DNA from: Octopus vulgaris
Taxonomy: Eukaryota
Assembly (NCBI GenBank): GCA_951406725.2
Contig: OX597829.1
Location: forward strand, 9,548,001-9,612,000
Length of the DNA: 64,000 nucleotides
Direction: 5' to 3'
The notes beneath the pieces were generated by a model. It searched no databases. It saw nothing but the letters and a program-made list of their open reading frames with translations, and was not told the DNA's origin. The position numbers and the translations under genes were made by a program. Shown here one piece after another: positions 53,086-64,000 of this stretch (the first letter of the stretch is position 1; each line of letters starts with the position of its first letter).

Positions 53086-53509
53086 GTCATACATACACCG
53101 ATGCACACGCGAACTCGCACGTCTTGGCGTACATGCTGATATCTGTTGTAGCCAGTTGGATTCAGATGTTATGTGGATTAATAGTGGTGCTTATGTGGAT
53201 TGCATTGGTTTAGATGTTAGTGAGGATGGGAAAGAATTTTTGGTGACGTGGTGGTCATATTGTTCTTGCTAATTGTATTGTTGTGGCTGTTTAGTCTCGA
53301 ATCAATCCTCTTAGACTTAAAATCAAAGACATTCCATTAAACTTTTAAAATACACTAAAATATCAATTATATGTTTTTATTTGAAATGGATTTGCTTAAC
53401 ATCTTCAGGCTATATATTAGTGTCGCTCTTAATGGGTGAGTTGTTGTTGATGATAGAAATACACACGCACACATGCATAAAACGCACACACATAAACACA
53501 CACACACAC

Positions 53510-53886
53510 ACCTGAACATTAGCTTCAAAATTCATCCAAGGCTAGGACCACGGGCCATACGTCCCCTACCCAGTTCAGGATCACAACACATAAATACACT
53601 ACGACACAATTTCTTTTACTCAACAGGCCCTTCCCTATTTAACATTGTCCCAGATGAAAGAGGAAAAGGATCCCATCACCTATAAATGGCATGTGGACAA
53701 ATTTCTTCACGGAATACCAGATAAGCCACCTATGCCTGGGTACAATTTACTCAACAAGAACTTGAATGGACCATGATACCACAAAACTGAACTTAAAAAG
53801 GATTTAGATAATCCTATCCATTGGTGCTTTTAAGTTAGACATGGCCTGGACCAATCTTTGGTCCAAATATATCTAAGTTTTCCAAG

Positions 53887-53888
<2 letters not shown>
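53510..53888 (+). mobile_element. Decayed CR1-type LINE 3' end
   Basis: GPSLFNIVP and DKFL..IPDKP parallel GPQLFNILP and [11 protein letters not shown] of the 31923-33500 ORF. Confidence 0.7.
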
Positions 53889-53945
<57 letters not shown>

Positions 53946-53970
53946 TCTATATATATTCATCTATAAATAT

Positions 53971-54020
<50 letters not shown>

Positions 54021-54099
54021 AGTATGCGTGCAACGTGATGATACTTTTTCACATTCTTAACTATAAGTTTTGATCTCAATAAAGATGCAAGTGGCCATT

Positions 54100-55465
54100 G
54101 AGTTAAAAAGAAAAATAAGTTTTAAATAGATAGCAATTGAAAACTACGCAGTGCGAGTTTCCGAAAGAGCGAATCACGAGCCACAGCTCTTATTCCGAAG
54201 TCCCGTAACCTGAAGCAGGCGTCACGCGGGTAATGCACAGGCATTATGTGTGTATGCATGTGCGATGGATAAATTGTCGCCATTTTATATATTGAATTTT
54301 GCGTATGCACATTGTTTGTTCTTGATTTTCGTGACTACACAGTACAGTAGGGTCAGTCGGGCACCGTCTGTGAGAAAAACAGCACTTTGATGCAATTCAC
54401 TCTGCCAATAACTTGGAAACGACATGCTGTACTGCTTGGCATTCGCGCTGGAAGCTCCAGTACGAACTTTTCACAGTGCTTGGGTGTCAATCTGAGGGCA
54501 GTGCTGAAGATTCGAAAAGAGTTGGATGAGTCTAATGTTGAGTATGAAGGTACGACAGCTCGGAAAACTCACTCTGAATGTTGGTCCAGGCTATGATTGA
54601 CAACGATCCCTCCAAGTCAATCAGGTCCATCGCCAGGGACATAGGAGTGTCTGAGTTTCTTATCAGGCAGGTAATGCATGAAGACATCCGGCATTCCTCA
54701 TACAAGATGTGAAAGGGCCAATTTTTATTCCGAACCTTCAAGGACAAGAGAAAAGACCACAGCACAAACTCAAGCATCCTTTCCAACCGAACATGCTTTG
54801 GTTTTTCTCAAACGAGAAAAATTTCTGCCAAGATCAGATAGTGAACACACAGAACAACCGTTGGCTTGCCGTGTCCCCAAAACATGTACCGAGGGTGATA
54901 AAAATCAAACATCCAATCAACATCATGGTGTGATCATTAGTGATGGAGACTTTACGCCTACATTCATTGGCTCATACGGCCTCAGACTCAACAAGTGCCT
55001 GGAGAAGGTAGTGCTGCCCTGGCTCAAGAGGGCGACTCCTGGAAGCCCTTATGTCTGGCAACAAAACTCTGCACCATGCCACACAAGCAGGAGAACCCAG
55101 TCAAGGCTGTCAGACAATTTCTGTGACCACATCACTCCTAACATCTGGCCACCTAACTCTCCAGACTTGCAACCCCCTTGATTATTATGTGTGGAGCGCA
55201 GTTGAGCGAGAGGCCAACAAAACTCCTTGTATCACCAAAGATGAACTGAAGAAAAGGAATATCTCACCATTTACTATCTAAAACAACGAGGCCATCCAGA
55301 ACGATTACAGGAGATTCTGAAGTCGTCTGGAGATCGTGGTTGAAGCCAATGGCGATTTTATTGAATAAATTTACTCTTTACTATTTCAAGATATTTTTAT
55401 GTAATTTTGGTAAATGTATCTGTTAAAGCGAGAAGTTATTTTCATTTTTGCGTAAATTAGACGTG
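54100..55465 (+). mobile_element. Decayed Tc1/mariner-superfamily transposon (maT/DD37D-like)
   Basis: FSNEKNF, WQQNSAPCHTS, WPPNSPDL..NPLDYYVW fragments. Confidence 0.85.
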
Positions 55466-55547
<82 letters not shown>

Positions 55548-55941
55548 TGTGTGTGTGTGTGTGCGTGCGTGTGTGTGTATCATGTATGTATGTACATGTA
55601 TATATATAAACATAAGTAAACACACACACATGTATATATACATACGAATATCTATATTTTTTAGTATAGACAAAAACTGTATCTCTATATATGCGTTCGC
55701 TTGTGTCATGTATGGAAAAATATTTAACTTTATGAATGAGTTAGTCAACAGTTAAACGTTTTATTTATCTAAAGGTCATGCGACTGCCAACGCCTCTACC
55801 TCCATCCAGAATAGCCAACACACACATGCACGCATATATATCAACTAGTTACAATTACATAGGCACACACATTATACACACCCACTATACACACTATATG
55901 CGCATGGGTGCGGATATGTGTTGTTATAAGCACGTGAGTGC

Positions 55942-55973
<32 letters not shown>

Positions 55974-56145
55974 GCATACATTTTCAGAGAGGGACAAAGA
56001 GAAACGGAGAGAGAGAGAGAGAACCGTTTAGCATATGTTATATTCACAGACCTGTATACAAGTGCATGTACGTATGTATGTATGTATATATGTATGTATG
56101 TCTATGAGCACACACACATATATACATGCATACATACATGCATAC

Positions 56146-56224
<79 letters not shown>

Positions 56225-56467
56225 TCTATTTATAAATATATATACATATATATATGCATCTATATCTATCTATTTATCTATATGTGTATGTGTGTGTGTG
56301 TGTATGCATAGATACCTGAATAGATTCATACAGAAAGACATAATTAGATAGATAGATAGATAAATTAAGAGTGAGAAAGAGAGAGAAAGAGAGAGAGAGA
56401 GAAAGAAACAGAAAGTTACTTGGACGTATACACAGACAGACAAGTTCGTAGTTAAGTGGATAAATAA

Positions 56468-56584
<117 letters not shown>

Positions 56585-56884
56585 GAGATAGAGAGGTAGA
56601 TAGATGGATGGATAGATAGATAGACAGACAGACAGAACGGCAGACAGTCTGACAGACAAATAAAAGTAGATAGATGGAGAGAGATAAATATACTCATGAA
56701 ATGACAAATATTCATATAATATAGAGAAACATTTATCAATGTGCGCGCGCGCGCATGTATGTGTAACTTAAAATGAAATAGTAAAAGCGACTGAGAATTT
56801 ATGTTGAGAACGAGAGTTAGAGAGAGAGGGGGAGGGAGAGAGGAAGTAACAAAGAGAGAGAATGAGAGGTGGAGAGGATAGCGT

Positions 56885-56923
<39 letters not shown>

Positions 56924-57013
56924 GATTAAGAGATATTGGATTAAAATAGAAGCAGATGTAGCATGTGTAATGGAGGCGATACGAGTAAAAGAAATATAGA
57001 ATATGGTTGTGGT

Positions 57014-57060
<47 letters not shown>

Positions 57061-57144
57061 ATTGTGAGTAAAAATAACATGAAATGTTGACTGGGTGTCA
57101 TAAAACGAGCAAGCCTCTTCATACATGCAATACTTATATACACT

Positions 57145-57202
<58 letters not shown>

Positions 57203-57517
57203 GTGTGTGTATGTGTGCGTATATATATATATATATATATACATATGTACATATTTACATGCGTGTGTGTGTATAACAGAGACACCTGTAAATAGACATA
57301 TACATGAGGTAAACACACACACACATATATATACATGATATATGTATAACACATGTGTACATATACATATATATAAGCATACACACACACATACATACAT
57401 ACATACATACATACATACATACATACATACACATATATACATACATATGAGAATAATATAGAGATAAGCAAACAGACAGATGTATATATACCATGTGTGT
57501 TGTGTGCGTGTATATAA

Positions 57518-57557
<40 letters not shown>

Positions 57558-57602
57558 CTTCATACATACATGTATAAATATATATATATATGTATATAGC
57601 TG

Positions 57603-57641
<39 letters not shown>

Positions 57642-57732
57642 ATATATATATATATGTATGTATGTATATATATATATATATTCATATATACATGTATAAA
57701 CATATATATATATATATATATATATGCATATA

Positions 57733-57796
<64 letters not shown>

Positions 57797-58368
57797 ATAT
57801 ATATATATATACACATATATATACATATATACATATATATACATATAATACTATATTTGTTCCACGTCCTCGCGTTGTTGTGTTTTTTTTTGTGTTTTCT
57901 TGTTTCGGTATGTGTATATGTATGTATATATGTATGAACACACGTCGGTACTCACACACATTCTCACTTTGATGGTGCGCGTGTGTGTGTGTAGGTGTTA
58001 GAGTACGTGTATAGTAATGAGTGTATATATATATGTACAAGTGTTTATACAATACGTTAGAAGATGAGGGTGTCAGACTGATCTGAAATGTAATTAAATG
58101 GAAAGAGTAGAACAACATTACGCATTCGAACCGAGTATCCCCGAGTAGCGACTCTCGCTCGCAATCACCTACCAATGAATAATATTATTATATAACTCAC
58201 AGGCACTCAGACACTCACACACACACACACACACACCAAGCTTAACACACGCGCGCACGCACACATAAATGTTCAGCCAAGCTAAACACACACACACACT
58301 TAACCTTCTCTGTCTATCTGTGTGCTCGCATATATGTGTGAGTATATATATACATTTATGCATGTATG

Positions 58369-58417
<49 letters not shown>

Positions 58418-58426
58418 GCATGTATG

Positions 58427-58463
<37 letters not shown>

Positions 58464-58710
58464 GTATGTATGTATGTATGTACGTATGTACGTATGTATG
58501 TATGTATGTACGTATGTATGTATGTATGTATGTATGCATGTATTACGTATGTATGTATGCATGTATGTATGTATATGTATGGCTAGGCAGAAACGGAACT
58601 AATAAACTGGTTACTAGAACTCAATACACAAATTATCGAGGTGTAAAATAAGAAATTAGAATAAGAAAGCAATAAGCAATCATATGATAATTTTTGTATT
58701 TCATGTTTGA

Positions 58711-58781
58711 AGCTCTGATGAAGCTGTAGAGTGATACTCAAGCATTCATCCAAGAGTACATTGCAGAAACTACTGTAAGCT
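58711..58781 (+). ncRNA. Hammerhead, canonical core, decayed stems II/III
   Basis: AGCT-CTGATGA-..TGTA..TACTC..GAGTA..TGCA-GAAA-CTACTG-TA-AGCT. Confidence 0.6.
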
Positions 58782-59292
58782 AATGAAGTTAATTAACAAA
58801 ATTGCTTAGTCCTTTGTCATTCTAATTTCTCATATATACATACTTACACGTGTGTGTGTGTGTGCGTGTGTATACATACGCATATAAATATATATATATA
58901 TATATAATTACATGTATATATATATATTTATACACATACACACATACGCATATGTATGTTGGTGATCGAACAAGTGTCATAAAACGAATGAAACAGCAAA
59001 CAATACTTCAAAGTGTAAATAAATGTTTTAAGGTTTAAAATTAATGAATTTCACCCAAAATGTTTTACTCCGAGTTTCAACCAGACAAACGCCAGCGAAA
59101 GCTCGAATTCAATTAAGACAATGCTTCAGTTGAGATTTGTCGTGTACATGTTCTGCCTTGGAGACCATATACACCTGATTACGGCGTATGGGAGTACTCT
59201 AGTGAGTTTATATGAAACTTGGAGTCACCTAGTCTCAAATAAATTTGGTTAACCTACGTTTTGCATTCTGAATACGTGCATATATGTGTGTG

Positions 59293-59411
<119 letters not shown>

Positions 59412-59413
59412 GT

Positions 59414-59464
59414 TTTGTCAGTGAACAGGTCGCGGTCTGAAAGCGACGAAAATATTTTGACAAA
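59414..59464 (+). ncRNA. Hammerhead, G3-C8 core variant
   Basis: TTTGTCA-GTGAACA-G-GTCGC GGTCTGAAA GCGAC-GAAA-ATAT-TT-TGACAAA. Confidence 0.75.
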
Positions 59465-60439
59465 TTAAATTTAAATGTTGAAGTGAGTCTGACGGTTTTT
59501 GTGTTTTTCTTAAATGGCTTATAAACACCTTCCACTCTGCAATTGTTTTCGTTTCAGCACACGATCTCAGATCAAGTCACTCGCTATGCAAGTACATCTA
59601 TATATATATGTATATATGTCTGTGTGTGTGAGAGAGTATACATATATATATATGTATATATATAAACATACATATATATGCACGTATATATTTTATATAT
59701 GTATACATATACATACATGTAAGTGCATGCGTAAGTATGTGTGTATTTATGTATGTATGTACGTACGTATGTATATACGTACGTACATATGCATGTATGT
59801 ATGTATATATGTATGTCCGTATGTATGTATATATGTATGTATGTGCGTATGTATGTATGTATGTATGTATGTATATATGTATGTATGTATGTATGCATGT
59901 ATGTATGTGCGTATGTGCGTATGCATGTGAGAATGTATGTGCGAATGTATAAATCTACAAAAGCGATTTGGTCGACGGCAAAGAAGCAATGTGTTTAGAG
60001 CGTTGGGCAGAATACTTCATCGCATTTATTCTGAACCTCGGGCGTTGTCTTTTTTTTCCTTTCGGGGTCGATAAAGATATAACAGTTCAGAGAACCGGAA
60101 TGGTGGAATTAAAAAAAACTGCTGGACCAAATGCTTTGCGATCCGGTTCTAGCACAAACATTCGGACAAATTTTCTGGTTCGAAGAAACCTTATCTTAGT
60201 CTTTTAGTATCGCAAGTCCCGTTGGTCTAAAATATCGTCATGTTGACTGCTGTTCCCTACAGCCTCAAAGATAAAGAGAGGAGAAGGGACAAAGTTCCGT
60301 TTGCTGCGTTTGTCGATATATTATTATCAACCCCCGGAAAGAGAAAAGGCAATGCTCTAGTTTGAATACAGAGCGCCAAGTTTCAGAACAAAGGCGGGGA
60401 AGTGCATGTACGTGTGTGTGTTTGTTTGTGTGTGTGTGT

Positions 60440-60488
<49 letters not shown>

Positions 60489-60645
60489 AGTGTAACCGAT
60501 ATGTATTGGATAGGTAACAAGTATTGATGAAGATGTAAATTTTATTTTAATATTATAGTTAATATTAGGTCAGTAAACATATACATATATCATACTAAAC
60601 ACTGATGCGTATGCACAGACTTTGATATATATGATATGATATATA

Positions 60646-60692
<47 letters not shown>

Positions 60693-60782
60693 TATAGATA
60701 TATATATATATAGAGATATATATATACATATATATATATATATACATATATATATACATATATATATATATACATACATATA

Positions 60783-60984
60783 TATTAGAAAAAATAAGGT
60801 ACACAGAAATCTGGATGGCTGTACATTTACATATTTTTATTAATATGTCACATGTTTTTATTAATCATATATACAGCGCTTGCATCTACTCTAGTAGATT
60901 CTTCAGATTTTTCATGTGACATATTAATAAAAATCTGTAAATGTACAACCATGCAGATTTCTGAGTACGTTATTTGTTCTAATA
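60783..60984. repeat. About 200-bp fold-back element with about 70-bp arms between (TA)n
   Basis: 60783-60853 is the reverse complement of 60913-60984. Confidence 0.85.
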
Positions 60985-60996
60985 TATATATATATA

Positions 60997-62240
60997 TCCA
61001 GGCTAAATCAAAAATTATTCGCACACTTGTGTTTCTGTAATTAATTAAAGCAAAAGGAGAGTTTGAACAATTAAATCATTTTTCGACATTCGTCTCCTTG
61101 TCTTTCAATGCACTACCTCAAGTCTGTTTATTCCATCGGGTACCCGTTAACGCACCGCTTTCTCCGCTTCTTCTTCCGTACCAAATCGGCGACGTAGTAA
61201 AGGCGGTTTGAGTGGTCCAAAGAGGTGATAGTGGAAAAAGGCGAGATCTAAACTGTGTGCAGGCTGGTCCAGCAACTCAGAACCTAATGCTTCAATGGCT
61301 TCGAGGGTGTGGACGGTTGTATGTGAGCATGCATTGTCGTAAAACAATAACGCTTGCTTTGGTAATAATCCTTGGCGTTTGGTGCGAATTACTAGTTTTA
61401 GTTTGTTGACTCCTTTTCCAGGTAACGATTCAGTATAAGCTGTTTGTGTCCCAAAAATTGTTAGCCGAAGGTTAAGTCTTGAATTCCTATTTCACTGGCA
61501 ATTCTGGGTTTCCACTCTACCATTTGGAATCTAGCTGAAAGTTATGGTCCTAGGCCTCATCTTGAGTGACTGTCCTCTTCAAAATAACTTCGCATTCATC
61601 GTTGTAGTGATCGAATATATGTTAACTGTTATCTACACGAATGTGTTGCTATAAGTTCCCTTGGCAGCCAAGTCGCACAGACTTTTGGAAACTTTAGGGA
61701 AGCGAAGTTGTCGTGGATGATTTCATATTCATAATCATAGCTAATTTGCAAAAAAACACACCATTTCCTTCATGGTCAGTCGTCGTCCTTTCGCCTGAAA
61801 CATCCCTCGGCTCGTTGAATCTTCACATCAGTGATGGTGACTGATTGGTATCCAGTCCCCTCTTCGTGCTTCAACTTTCTCCAGCCATTTTCAAACTTCA
61901 CGATCCACTCATACACACGTCAACGCAGTAGGGTCTCTCCTCGTATTGTTCTGAAATCCTGCAATGAATTTCAGCCCAGGAAACATCTTATCATATCAGA
62001 GGATTCAGATTATTCATCTCTGTTCTTCCTTGATGCACGTTACCAGCAGACCAATGGTCATGTTTACTCTGTAACAAAAGAAAGAGAACAGGGGCGATCA
62101 AAGTCAAATCTCGGTTACGTAATCATAAGAATACAGGGGTACCACTTCCACCAATTCTAGCTCGAGTCCACTGAACGAAGTGTAGGTAATGTAAAAGGAG
62201 TTTTGGTGAGAGTGCGGATAATCTTTGAAGTCCTCAAGTA
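60997..62240 (-). mobile_element. Decayed mariner transposon
   Basis: DNACSHT...DQPAHSLDLA..YHLFGPLK; degenerate TIR-like ends. Confidence 0.8.
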
Positions 62241-62312
62241 TCTATATACATATATACAAACATATATATACGTATATATGTATGTATATATATATATGTA
62301 TGTATATATATG

Positions 62313-62343
<31 letters not shown>

Positions 62344-62594
62344 GTATACACACACGCACACACAAACACACACACACGCACACACAAACACACACACACG
62401 CACACACGCATATATATATGTGTGTGTATATATGTATATAGATGTATGTATATATATATGTATATATAAATATATATACATATACATACAAATATATATG
62501 CATATGTATATATACACACACATATATATGCGTGTGTGTGCATGTGTATGCGCGTGTGTGTATGCGTGTGTGTACATATATATATATATGTGTG

Positions 62595-62641
<47 letters not shown>

Positions 62642-62754
62642 CCTTACTTGGAGAAAAGAAATATAGATGTAGGTATGTACATATATGTATGTATATATGC
62701 ATATGTTTTATTTATTAAATTGTTATTATATATATATATGTATATGTATACATT

Positions 62755-63060
62755 ACGTATTGCGAATAAGTTTTCTTCTATTATCGATTGGTTTCTCTTC
62801 GACATTGGGTAGCACTAAGCTTCAACGAGGCATGTGATCAGCTTTTGGTAGAAGGAACCAAGGTGAATTCCATCATATGGTCTGTGTCGGTATTTCAGGA
62901 GGGCCGCACTTGGCACATACTAGATCATGTCCCACAAGTGTGTATCCTTGCAAAGCAGATAAACTTACGAATGGAACACTCGATCATTTACAAGTTTATA
63001 CAATGTTATAGTAAGCACATTTCATCGAACAACTGGAATAGTCATCGTCGCAAGTGACGG
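62755..63060 (-). mobile_element. Possible decayed PLE endonuclease 3' fragment
   Basis: Weak resemblance only (L..VEA...P...Q pattern). Confidence 0.3.
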
Positions 63061-63606
63061 AAATACATTTACCTATTTACTTATATGTTTCTATTCATAT
63101 AAGTCTAAAAATAATATTTATTTATGTCCGCATCCTGCTATATATTTATATATAAATCTAAATGTTTATCTAACTACATATAACTATATACATATGCATT
63201 GGAAGCGTGTATGTATTTTTCTCCTTATGTATAAAAGCATGTGAGTGTGTGACTATACACACACTCATATATATATATACACATACATATATATATATAA
63301 GTATACATATGTATATTTATGCGGGTGTACATATATATATATGTATGTATGTATATATATATATAAACATATGTATGTATATATATATATATATACATAC
63401 ATATATATGATATACATATATATATATACATACATGAAAATACATATATATTGGTCTATGAGTGGTGTATGTGTATATCTTTGTGTGTAGATAGATAGAG
63501 AGGGGAGAGAGAGAGAGAGAGGAAGAGAGAAAAAAATATATATATGGACAGATAAATAAGAAAGTGTGTGTGTGTGTGAAAGAGTCAGACAGAGAGATAG
63601 ACTGAC

Positions 63607-63687
<81 letters not shown>

Positions 63688-63818
63688 TGCAGCCGAGGAA
63701 TGGATTTTGTTATGTTACCGTTTTTGCCAATATATATATATTTATATATGTATGTAAGTATATATGTACGTGTGTGCATATATATATGTATGTATATATA
63801 TACATATATATATATATA

Positions 63819-63857
<39 letters not shown>

Positions 63858-63874
63858 GTAAATATATGCATATA

Positions 63875-63918
<44 letters not shown>

Positions 63919-64000
63919 GATATAGATATACATTCATACATACACACATACGTACGTACTTACATACATACATGCTTACATTCGTAGGAAGAGACAGACA

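Noticed and set aside
59065-59230. Inverted ACTCCGAGTTTCA / TGAAACTTGGAGT with GAAA
   Set aside because: Probably PLE-end remnants, but no complete core could be assembled

Overview
AT-rich, microsatellite-saturated animal DNA with no recognisable host exon. The repeat content suggests an octopus/cephalopod genome (inference from the tRNA-derived SINE families). The window is a mosaic of decayed transposons: Penelope-like elements (PLEs; RT + GIY-YIG), CR1-type, Tx1/L1, RTE and R4/Dong-like LINEs, mariner/Tc1/Tigger DNA transposons, an internally deleted Helitron and many SINEs. Nearly all ORFs in the supplied track are microsatellite artefacts. The main hidden signal is RNA-level: about 17 hammerhead-ribozyme (HHR) motifs, intact or decayed, in PLE-type termini. 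Most have palindromic stem III, and together they show all four Watson-Crick versions of the core 3-8 pair. Three sequence-divergent HHRs (26501-26576, 29544-29612, 36923-36992) have their three strands in a non-circularly permuted, pseudoknotted order with a shared extra helix. Several retroelement families each appear to target a specific microsatellite. All structures were paired by eye, not computed, and repeat boundaries are approximate.
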